Shown here piece after piece: positions 1-8,900 of a DNA stretch of 25,172 bases (position 1 is the stretch's first letter; each line of letters begins with the position of its first letter). Where the stretch lies: NCBI GenBank assembly GCA_016235455.1, contig JACRKZ010000052.1:1-25172 (forward strand). The letters run 5' to 3'. The notes beneath the pieces were generated by a model. That model did not search any database. It saw only the letters and a program-made list of their open reading frames with translations, and was not told the origin of the DNA. Source of the DNA: Armatimonadota bacterium. GTDB taxonomy: Bacteria; Armatimonadota; UBA10988. A program made the position numbers and the translations under genes.

Positions 1-165
1 ACGGCCTTTGCGCTGGGCGTGGGCCTGTTGCTGAGCTACTACATCCTGTGGAACGCGACCTGCTTCCTGGGTGAAGGCGTGGCCTATCCCGGCCTCATCT
101 GTTGGAGCACCAACATCGCCGGTCTGGCCATTGGCACCTGGTTGGTGTCGCGCGTGCCCGATTAG
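1..165 (+). CDS. C-terminal fragment of a membrane permease, probably LptF/LptG (YjgP/YjgQ) family; 5' part lies outside the window
   Basis: Frame 1 is open from base 1 to TAG at 163-165 and reads TAFALGVGLLLSYYILWNATCFLGEGVAYPGLICWSTNIAGLAIGTWLVSRVPD*. Two hydrophobic segments with 'YY..' and 'P....W..N' resemble the LptF/G C-terminus. Confidence 0.6.
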   Translation, partial: TAFALGVGLLLSYYILWNATCFLGEGVAYPGLICWSTNIAGLAIGTWLVSRVPD

Positions 166-950
166 GGCGCGGCCAGCCGCAACGCGTAACGCGCGCGCCA
201 GGTCTGGCCAGCGGGCCAGCCGGGCGATTCGCCATCGAGCAGTCCGACAAACAGCGCGCCACTGCCGCCGGTGCCGACATGCAGGAACACATTCTGCAGC
301 GGACAGCCCTCCGCGCCGATGCCGGCGATGACCAGCCGGCGGCCATCGGCATAGAGCAGTTCCAGCTCCGGCCGCGCCGGGTCGAGCGGCGTCCTGGCCG
401 ACTCGAAGCAGCGGCCGTCGCGCGTGATGCGCTCGTTGATGCGACCTTCGACCGTCCAGGCCAGCCATTCGCTCAGCCCGGTCATCTGCGTCTGCGCGGC
501 CAGGAAGGCTGGGGTGCCCTTGAGCGCCACCGTCGGCGTCACGGCGACCTCCACGGCCAGCTCGGGCTTGTCACCCAGGCTGTAGCGCAGCGCGTAGCCA
601 ACGCTCGATGCTGCCGGCTCGCAGGCGGCGTCGGCATGGAACGTGCCCTCGACACGGACCCAGGTCTGGCCACCGTCCTGGCCCTGGGTCACCTTCGGTG
701 CGGCGTCACCAGCGCTACTCACCACGCCGCGCGGGGTGAACAGGCCCCAGTCAGTGTAGACCATGCCGCCGCCCGCATAGACACGGCCGTCGGCTCCGGC
801 CAGCCGGCCCAGCCAGCCGCCGCGCGCCAGGTCGATGGTGGCCGTCAGATGAGCGTTGGCCAGCGTGAGGGCGGTGGCCGAACCCTCGACCCGCGGTTGG
901 GCCTGGCAGCCAGCGACCGCCAGCAGGCAGCAGCAGAGGAGTTGCTTCAC
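162..950 (-). CDS. Hypothetical lipoprotein (262 aa), beta-rich; paralog of the C-terminal domains of the upstream GH13-like protein
   Basis: Signal MKQLLCCCLLAVAG-C has lipobox VAG^C. The GTG start overlaps the upstream TGA (GTGA, 947-950). It shares N.H..A.I....GG.L, YTD.GL and LQN.FL....LF motifs with the upstream C-terminal domain. Confidence 0.8.
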   Translation of the reverse strand: MKQLLCCCLLAVAGCQAQPRVEGSATALTLANAHLTATIDLARGGWLGRLAGADGRVYAGGGMVYTDWGLFTPRGVVSSAGDAAPKVTQGQDGGQTWVRVEGTFHADAACEPAASSVGYALRYSLGDKPELAVEVAVTPTVALKGTPAFLAAQTQMTGLSEWLAWTVEGRINERITRDGRCFESARTPLDPARPELELLYADGRRLVIAGIGAEGCPLQNVFLHVGTGGSGALFVGLLDGESPGWPAGQTWRARYALRLAAP

Positions 951-3900
951 GGCTGGATCTCCAGTTCGACCTCGCGCCAGGTAGGCGCAATGGGCACCGG
1001 CTGGTTGTCGTAGTGTGCCAGGAAGAGCACCGGGTCAATGCCCGACAGCAGGAACGCGTTCTGCAGCGACTCCGCGCCGGCGCGCACGGTGACCACGAGC
1101 TGCCGGCCGTCGATGGTCAGCTTGTACTGGCCCGGCCCGACACCGCCGTGCTCGCGGCTCTGCCACAGGCGTTCGAAGCGGTCGGGCGGCATGGCGCCGC
1201 CGCTGGTGCCATCGGTGCCGGCGCAACTCCAGTTGGTCACGCGCAGGAAGCGCAGCGTATGCGCGGCGAACGCGGCCACATCGCGCCGCTCGAAGCCCGC
1301 CCGCGGTCGGATGCCGAGCTTCATGTGCAGCGCGGGGCCATCATCCACCACGAACTCGTGCCGGTACCAGGTGTACGGCCGCTGGATGGACATGCCGAAG
1401 CCCTGATCGCCACTGAGCACGCCCTGGAAGGTCAGCCGCAGCCGACCAGCCCGGTCGTCCACGCGGACATCGGGCTCGACGTCCAGATTGCTGCCGACGT
1501 TGGTCTTGTGCTGCTGGCCCAGGGGGTCGGTCCAGGTCTGGTAAAGCCCGTTGTCGGTGTAGCTGTTGGTGCCCGCCACGAGGCTGGGTCCCGCCGTGCC
1601 GTTGGTGAGGCGGCGCAGCTCGCGTAGCGACCCGCCGGCCGAGCGGCCGATGACCGCCTCGAAGTGCTGGTTGCGCACATGCCAGTTGCCGCCCTGGCAG
1701 GTCAACCGCGTCGACCGGGCCGTCTCGCGGCCCGTGGTCAGCCGGAAGCTGAGCGTGATCGGGTGGCCGGGCAGCAGCGTCACCGGCTGGCGGCCGGTGA
1801 ACCAGTCCAGGACCACATCGGCGCCGTGTCCATTGTCGCAGAGCAGGATGTCGTGGGGTAGTTCAGGCAGGGCCGAGTTGACGTCGGTGAGCATCAGGCC
1901 GGCGCCACCGACCTGCACACCGCAGCCGCCCGCCAGCGGCAAGGTGCTGTCGCGCCACAGCGGCCCGGCCGCGTGGCGGTAGCGATAGCCTGGCCACTCG
2001 CGAGGTTGCGCAGGCTTCACCGTGGGGTCGGGAGTACCGGCCAGTGTGCCCTCGATCGTGTCGGCGCGCCAGCGCTCGCCGCGCAGCCCGAGCACCTGCC
2101 GCAGCTCGCAGTTGGCGCCTTGCACGGGCTCGGTCGCTTCCAGGGTCATCGTGCAGACGATGCCGTCGCGGGCCTCGTAGCGCCGCGTGACGCGCAGCTT
2201 GCCGGCCACCACGCCCCGGCATTCCAGCGCATTGCCCGCGCGGCTGGCGGTTGCGGCGAAGGCGGTCAGATCCAGCGGCGGTGTGCCGGGGAACAGCTTG
2301 CGCTCCCCCTCGCGCCAGGACTCCGCGTCGGCCAGGCGCACGGCGCCGGCCGCATCGCCGAGCCACAGGCTGTCGATGGCGCCGCCACGCCGCGGATCGA
2401 CGCGAAGCGTCATGTCGCCAGCCTTGACCGCCAACAGGTCGCCCGCGGGGGGCAGCGCCTGTCGTGGTGGCGCCGGCGGGGCCTCGGTGGGCGTCGCCCA
2501 GGCGTTGTCGGTGAGGATGCCGGCTTCACCGGGCTGTAGCTCGACGTGCGTGACGGCGCGGGCCACGCTCGGCCCGTCCGCGCCGAGCCGTGTCCAGGTC
2601 AGCCCCGCGACGGGCCCAGGCAACTCGGCCTGCTGCCGTTGGTGGCTGAGATTGATAGCCACGAGCGGTAGCCGGCGACCGCTGGCTGGCCGCCAGCAGA
2701 GCAGGTCGCTGCCCTTGGCGGCCAAAGGGTACTCGACGGGCCCGGCGGCGGGCAGCAGGGCGCCGCGCGCTCGGAGCAATGGCGCCAGCGCGAACTCGTG
2801 CCCGGCCTCCTCGCGGTCGTACAGCATCGGCGCGCCATCGACCAGGGCGGTAAGCAGCAGCAGCCCACGATGCAGATTGGCACCATAGCGTGGCAGCCCG
2901 CGGATCGTGTCGTGGCTGGTCACGTAGCGCATGAACTTCGTGCCCCGCGGGTACTGCGCCGGGCGCCAGGCCAGCCAATCGGCCAGCGCGGCCTGCCATT
3001 CGGGCAGGGGCATTTCCAAAACGCGTGGCAACACCTCGTAGGCCCACGGGAAGTCGTAGATCAGGTCGCCCGTGGTGGCCAGCTGCGGCGACGTGCCCTC
3101 CTGGATGAGCATGGCGCCCGCGTCCTGCCTCTTGATGCGCGAGCGCACGGCGGCCAGCAGGTCGTGCGAGCCCTTGAGGCTGGAGTTGCTGGGCCGATTG
3201 CCGTCGTACGGGCGCCAGTTGGACGGCCCGCCGCCGGCCACGTCGACCCGGTAGCCGGCCAGGCCGACGCGCTTCATCCAATCGACGGCGTGGTCGGCCA
3301 TGTACCCCTGCCACCCCGGGTGGGCGTAATCGCAGCTCAGGCAGCCCCACCAGATGATGGGCTGGCCGGCTCGGTCGCGTGACACCCAATCCGGATGCTG
3401 CGCCAGCAGGCCACTCTCCTCACGCGGGCCGTGCGGGACCAGATCGGCCAGCACGCGCACGCCGCGGCGGCCGGCTGTGGCCACCAGGTCGCGCAACTGC
3501 GCCTCTGTGCCGAGCTTGTCGTCGTGGGCCGCGTAATCCACGGGCGCATACACCCAGCCTTTCCAGAACGGCAGCATCCATAGAGTGTTGACGCCCAGCG
3601 CGGCGATGCGGTCCAGACGCGCCGTCATCGCTCCGAACCCGCCGGTGTCGCGCCAGTCGGAATCGATGGTGCCGCCGGCGTGGGCACTGTAGACCACGGT
3701 GCGGTCTACGTCGGCGCGTCGATCGGCGGGCACGCGCCGGCCGAGCCGGTCGAACGCGTCCCAGGAGGCGGCCGTGACGGCGTCGGTGGAAGCTAAGGCA
3801 CTGGTCAGCACCTGCGTGCCGACGGTGATGGGCACGCCGCCCTTGAGCTGGGCCTCGGCGTTCCAGACGTGCTCGACATCGATGCTGCCGGCCTGCTCGG

Positions 3901-4537
3901 TAACATGGGCCCAGCTCGGGTCATCGCCATCGTCGCCGAGCACCACAAGTGCCTGGTCGAGCGCGGCGCTGCGCAAGACCACGAGGCGATTGGTGTTGCC
4001 GCCACCCGCCGACCGGTCGGTGCCGGGGTGGTTGTCGGCCACGGCTCGCGCCGAGATCGGAAAGCTGTGAGGCAGCACGACGCTCGCATCCGCGGCGCTT
4101 GGCAGGTGAAGACCGTCCAGGCGCAGCCGTACCTGCGTGAGCACTCCCGCATCGTCGGGTGGAACGATGGTCACACTACGCCGCACGCACGGCGAGCCGT
4201 CGGACAGGCGCCAATGCTCCGTGACGCGCCAGCCAGCCGCGCGCCAGGTGACGTCGAGGCCGTCGGGCGTGGCTTGCCAGGCCTCGAACGAAGGCGTGGC
4301 CTTGCTGAACCGGCTGCCGCCGGCTTCGACCACGAGATCCACCGCGGAGTGCGTGACGCGACTGGGCTGCCCGGTGGGCGCAAAGCCGCACAGCGCGCCG
4401 GTCGCCAGGTCGACCCGCAGATCGACGACACCGTTGGTCAGGCGTACAGTGTTGCCCATGGGTGTGGCGGTGATGGCGGCCCCAACACCGCGGGCCACGA
4501 TCAGCAGAAGCACCACGAACTGGGCGAAGGTGCGCAT
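947..4537 (-). CDS. Secreted multi-domain glycoside hydrolase with a GH13 (alpha-amylase-like) catalytic barrel and several beta-sandwich domains (~1196 aa)
   Basis: Start re-assigned to ATG 4537 (GGAG upstream; signal peptide MRTFAQFVVLLLIVARGVGA). GH13 hallmarks: LDRIAALGVNTLWMLP, YAPVDY..HD.KLGT, DLVPH (region I), GYRVD (nucleophile), IQE (acid/base), TSHD (region IV). Confidence 0.8.
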   Translation of the reverse strand: MRTFAQFVVLLLIVARGVGAAITATPMGNTVRLTNGVVDLRVDLATGALCGFAPTGQPSRVTHSAVDLVVEAGGSRFSKATPSFEAWQATPDGLDVTWRAAGWRVTEHWRLSDGSPCVRRSVTIVPPDDAGVLTQVRLRLDGLHLPSAADASVVLPHSFPISARAVADNHPGTDRSAGGGNTNRLVVLRSAALDQALVVLGDDGDDPSWAHVTEQAGSIDVEHVWNAEAQLKGGVPITVGTQVLTSALASTDAVTAASWDAFDRLGRRVPADRRADVDRTVVYSAHAGGTIDSDWRDTGGFGAMTARLDRIAALGVNTLWMLPFWKGWVYAPVDYAAHDDKLGTEAQLRDLVATAGRRGVRVLADLVPHGPREESGLLAQHPDWVSRDRAGQPIIWWGCLSCDYAHPGWQGYMADHAVDWMKRVGLAGYRVDVAGGGPSNWRPYDGNRPSNSSLKGSHDLLAAVRSRIKRQDAGAMLIQEGTSPQLATTGDLIYDFPWAYEVLPRVLEMPLPEWQAALADWLAWRPAQYPRGTKFMRYVTSHDTIRGLPRYGANLHRGLLLLTALVDGAPMLYDREEAGHEFALAPLLRARGALLPAAGPVEYPLAAKGSDLLCWRPASGRRLPLVAINLSHQRQQAELPGPVAGLTWTRLGADGPSVARAVTHVELQPGEAGILTDNAWATPTEAPPAPPRQALPPAGDLLAVKAGDMTLRVDPRRGGAIDSLWLGDAAGAVRLADAESWREGERKLFPGTPPLDLTAFAATASRAGNALECRGVVAGKLRVTRRYEARDGIVCTMTLEATEPVQGANCELRQVLGLRGERWRADTIEGTLAGTPDPTVKPAQPREWPGYRYRHAAGPLWRDSTLPLAGGCGVQVGGAGLMLTDVNSALPELPHDILLCDNGHGADVVLDWFTGRQPVTLLPGHPITLSFRLTTGRETARSTRLTCQGGNWHVRNQHFEAVIGRSAGGSLRELRRLTNGTAGPSLVAGTNSYTDNGLYQTWTDPLGQQHKTNVGSNLDVEPDVRVDDRAGRLRLTFQGVLSGDQGFGMSIQRPYTWYRHEFVVDDGPALHMKLGIRPRAGFERRDVAAFAAHTLRFLRVTNWSCAGTDGTSGGAMPPDRFERLWQSREHGGVGPGQYKLTIDGRQLVVTVRAGAESLQNAFLLSGIDPVLFLAHYDNQPVPIAPTWREVELEIQP

Positions 4538-4587
4538 CCTGAACTCCGCTCTGCCTTTCGCCAACGGTGCAGCGGGTCCTGTCGGCC

Positions 4588-4616
4588 TTGCCGGGTGGAC
4601 GACCCAGTCGTAGAAT
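4588..4616 (+). promoter_or_regulatory. Sigma70-type promoter for ispG
   Basis: TTGCCG (4588-4593), 17-nt spacer, TAGAAT (4611-4616). Confidence 0.65.
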
Positions 4617-4658
4617 GCCCTGGTGATCGGCCCCGAGCGGGCATGGGAGATGCTGAGC

Positions 4659-5840
4659 ATGGAGCTGTACTATCCGCGGCGCAAGACGCGCGGAGTGCGC
4701 GTGGGCAACGTGACCATCGGTGGTGGCCACCCCGTGGTCGTGCAGTCGATGACGACGGCCCACACGCGCGACGTGGACGCGGTCGTGGACGAAGCGGTCA
4801 ACCTGTGGCGCGCCGGCTGCGAGATTGTGCGCGTCACGGCACCGACCATGGGCGATGCGATCGCCATCGGCCAGATCCGCGCGCGGCTCGACGAACTGGG
4901 CTGCACCGTGCCGCTCGCCGCCGATGTCCACCATGATGGCAGCAAGATCGCCGTTGAAGTGGCCAAGCATGTCGACAAGGTACGCATCAATCCCGGCCTG
5001 TTCGTGTTCCGCAAGCCCAGTGCCGATGCCGTCGACTATACGGAGGCCGAGCATCAGGCCGAGCTCGAGGCCATCGAAGACCAGCTCCTGCCGGTCATCG
5101 AGGCGTGCCGAGCCCGCGACATCGCCATGCGCATTGGCGTGAACCACGGCTCGCTGGCGCAGCGCATGCTGGTCACCTACGGCGACACACCCGAGGGCAT
5201 GGTCGCTTCCGCCATGGAGTTCCTGCGGCTGTGCGAGAAGCACGACTACCGCAACCTGGTCATCTCGCTCAAGGCCTCGCGCGTGCCGGTCATGTTGGCG
5301 GCCTACCGGCTGATGGCCTCGACCATGGATGCGGCGGGCATGGACTATCCGCTGCACCTGGGCGTCACCGAGGCGGGCGACCGCGACTATGCCCGCATCA
5401 AGTCCGCCATCGGCATCGGCACGCTGCTGGCCGAGGGCATCGGTGACACCATCCGCGTCTCGCTTTCCGAGCCGCCAGTCAACGAGATCCCGGTGTGCTA
5501 CGAGATCCTGCAGGGCCTGGGCCTGCGCAAGACGAAGACCGAGTACATTGCCTGCCCTAGCTGTGGCCGCACCTACTTCGACCTGCCCACGGTGCTCAAC
5601 CAGGTACGCGATGCCACCGAGCACCTGGCCGGCATCGACATCGCTGTCATGGGCTGCATCGTCAATGGACCCGGTGAGATGGCCGACGCCGACTACGGCT
5701 ATGTGGGCAAGGGCGAGGGGAAGATCGCGCTGTACCGCGGCCGCGACATGGTCAAGACGGGCATCCCAGAAGCGCGAGGCGTCGCTGAGCTGATCTCGCT
5801 GCTCAAGGCCGACGGCGTGTGGAACGAGCCCGAGGGGTAG
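4659..5840 (+). CDS. ispG: (E)-4-hydroxy-3-methylbut-2-enyl-diphosphate synthase (IspG/GcpE), MEP pathway
   Basis: Motifs [54 protein letters not shown], 4Fe-4S ligands CPSCGR and [10 protein letters not shown]. Start is uncertain (GTG 4623, ATG 4650 or ATG 4659); 4659 has GGGAG at suitable spacing. Confidence 0.97.
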   Translation: MELYYPRRKTRGVRVGNVTIGGGHPVVVQSMTTAHTRDVDAVVDEAVNLWRAGCEIVRVTAPTMGDAIAIGQIRARLDELGCTVPLAADVHHDGSKIAVEVAKHVDKVRINPGLFVFRKPSADAVDYTEAEHQAELEAIEDQLLPVIEACRARDIAMRIGVNHGSLAQRMLVTYGDTPEGMVASAMEFLRLCEKHDYRNLVISLKASRVPVMLAAYRLMASTMDAAGMDYPLHLGVTEAGDRDYARIKSAIGIGTLLAEGIGDTIRVSLSEPPVNEIPVCYEILQGLGLRKTKTEYIACPSCGRTYFDLPTVLNQVRDATEHLAGIDIAVMGCIVNGPGEMADADYGYVGKGEGKIALYRGRDMVKTGIPEARGVAELISLLKADGVWNEPEG

Positions 5841-5865
5841 GTCCTCACCGCTGGCTTGGGCAGTG

Positions 5866-5914
5866 CCCAAATACGAGAGGGCTCGTCCAGCGGACGAGCC
5901 CTCTCGTATTTGGG
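5866..5914. terminator. Perfect 23-bp hairpin between convergent ispG and S8 protease genes; probable bidirectional terminator
   Basis: CCCAAATACGAGAGGGCTCGTCC (5866-5888), loop AGC, GGACGAGCCCTCTCGTATTTGGG (5892-5914). Confidence 0.85.
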
Positions 5915-5928
5915 GTGAGGTGCGTGCG

Positions 5929-8900
5929 CTAGCGCAGCCGCACCGTGCGCACCGCGCGGACCGTGTCGCCTTGGTCGTTGCGCGCGATGAGCGTCACGTT
6001 GTAGACGCCGGCGGGCAGCGGCCGGCCGGCGTTGTCCAGGCCGTTCCAGACGATGCGCGTCGGGCCATCGCCCTGCACCGGCGCCGTCTGGGCTACCAGC
6101 CGACCGGTCAGGCTGGCGACCTGCACGATCAACTCAGCCGGGGCGCTGAGCGTGACGTCGAACTCGGTGGAGCCGCCGCGCGTGGTGGTGGGCTGGAAGC
6201 TCTGCACCGCCAGCGCGCCGGCCGCGCGCGGCGCCACCGACAGAACCAGTTCGCGGTCGCTGTTGACCACATAAGAGCCCGTGGTGTTGAGCGCCACGAC
6301 GCGCCCGGAGGTCGGGTCGATGAGGCGAGCGCGGTAGCCGGCCGGCAACTGGCGGAGCAGGCTGGGCCAACTCAGGGTCACCTGGCGGCCGTTGCTGCCG
6401 CTGACCTTGAGCCGCCACGTGGCCTCGTTGACCACCGCGCCTCCGACGAAGTCAGCTGCGGCGCGGCTGCCATCGGCGGCGAGCACCTCGAGCATCACGC
6501 CGCCCGCGGCACCAGCAGGCGCCGGCGGGCGCACGCTGCGCAGCGCCGCCGACTGAGCGCCAACGATGACCCGTGAAGTCTCTTCACCCGCGGCGGCCAC
6601 CAGCGAGAAGCCGAAGTTGCTCGCACTGGTCGGCGCAGCGGCACGAGCCACCGAGCCGGGCGCCACGACGATGCGCACGTTGGCGGTGCGAGTGCGCCAG
6701 AAGGCACCCTCGAAGACCTCCAACTGGGAGCGCACGCCGTCAGCACCGGCCATGTTCGGGTCCATCACCAGTTCGTAGGTGTGACCGTTGAAAGCCCACA
6801 GGAACGGGTCGACGATGGACCAGTTGGCCTGCGTGCGCAGGTCGCCCTGGTCGACGCCGTTGACGTAGACGCGCACATCCTGCATGCGGAACGCCAGAGG
6901 CTGGTCCGGCCGCGGGTTGCCAATGAGATGGTAAGCCGCCTTGGCCATATCGAACTGGTAGGTCGGCTGCGCCGAGGCGCTGGTGTTCCAGGTGCCGTAG
7001 AGGCGGATGGAGCCTGGCACCGTGGTCTGCAGGAACCAGCCCTTGCCGGGCGCGATGTTGAAGAACGAGCTCGGCGCCGCGGGGTCGAAGGCCTGGTAGG
7101 CCATCAGATCCTCGTTGTAGCCAGCCAGGCGCGTCGGCTTGGGGGCCACATTGAAGTTGGCGATCTGCTCGGACGAGTTAGGCACGGTGATGGGGAAGGT
7201 GGTCAGGTACAGACCCGGCACCGGCAGCGTGATATCCATGACTCGCAGGAACGTGACGGTCACGCTGTTCGAGACCGCCTCGCCGTCGACGTTGCCACGG
7301 AAAACCACCGGCCCATCGACAGAGCGATGCGCGCGGAAGATGGCCTGGCCGTTGGCGTCCGAGGGCGTGGTCGGCGGCGTGATGGTCAAGCCGTCGTTGT
7401 TGTCGGCCGTGACCGTCAGGCGCGCTGCGGCGATGCCGGCCAAAGCCTGACCAGCCGAGTCGCGCACCGTGAGGGTCAGTACCACATCCGTGGCACCGTC
7501 CGCGGGCAGGTCGTTACCCGACGCAGTCAGCCCGGACATACCGGCGACGGCCAGGATATCGTAGAGCACCGTGCCGTTGAGCCCGACCGTCACCGTGAAC
7601 GAACGCGTGCCCTGGGCCACTAGCGTGGGGCTGCCCTTGCTGCGCTCGGAGAAGCCGATGAGGCTACCGACGTCGGCCCAGTTGGACCACGTGCCGTAAG
7701 CATCCACCGGCGTGGTGGCCTGGCTGACGCCGTAGAGCATGTGGTTCGTGACCGTCACGGGGTTGTTGCGCGTGGCGCCGCTCAGCGTGATGGTGGGTCG
7801 GATCTGCTGGTAGTAGGTCGGCGAGAGTTCGCGGTTGGCCAGCGTCACGGTGAAGTTGACCGGCGTGTCGTTGAACAGGAGCCAGCGCTGGTCGGCGGTC
7901 GTGCCGGCGGTGCGGGCCGAGTAGGTCAGGGTGCTGCCGGCGTCGACCCAGGCGCGGACCGGGGTGGCCGCGACGGCAACACTGGCCGCCTGGCCCAGGG
8001 ACACATACGAGACCGTCGCCTCGTTGCCCGTGGTGAGCGGCGCGGCGTCGGCGGGCACCTGGGTGCTCAGCGATGCGCTGACCTGGTTGTAGTAGTCGAA
8101 CGACAGACTGGCATCCGATGAGCCGACAGTGACCGAGTTCTGCTGGCCCGGGGCGATTTGCCAACGGCTCTGGGTGCTGCCGGCGCTGTCGGTGGTGCTG
8201 ACGCTGAGGGTGCTGCCAGCATCGCACAGCACCGTCTTCGGCGTGCCGTCCCAGACGTTTGTCGTGTGGGAGGTGCCGCCGAGGACGGAGGTGATGACCA
8301 CGGCATTGGTGTCGTCCATCAGACGACCGCCGACCGACGGGCCGTTGAGCGTGTTGACCGAAACGGTGATGCGCGGGCCGGTGACCGCGGCGCTGGCCGC
8401 GGCATACGCGTCCAAGCGACCATAACCGTAGCGGTTGCTATGGCCGTTCACGTCGTAAGCGCCGGCGGCGCTGTCGATCTTGACGGCGGTGTTCTCGAGC
8501 AACGCCATGGCCTGGGCCGAGGTCAGCGACGGGTTGACCGAGAGGGCCAGGGCGGCCACGCCCGCGGCCAGCGGGCAGGCGGCGGACGTGCCGCTGAAGT
8601 CGATGCCGGTGGTGTAGTTGGAGGCCGTGTAGCCACTGGCGCCCACGTTGTCCGTGGTCAGGATGCTGTGCTCGGGAACATCATCGCCCGAGCCGCCCGG
8701 CGCGACGCAGTCCAAGCTGGTGCCGGTCTCACTGAAGGACGACTTGGTGTCGTTCCAGGTGCTGGCGCCGACATTCAGCACCTGCGGATTGGAGGCGTAG
8801 CCGTCGTCGTCGGTGCTGTCGATGGGCGAGCCGTTGCCGGACGCCCAGGTGACCACGCAACCGAGCCCGCCACGGCCGTTGGTGACGGCGTTGTCGATGG

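Noticed and set aside
4538-4660. N-terminal 41-aa extension of the 1237-aa ORF
   Set aside because: It overlaps the ispG promoter and start. The signal peptide and RBS fit ATG 4537.
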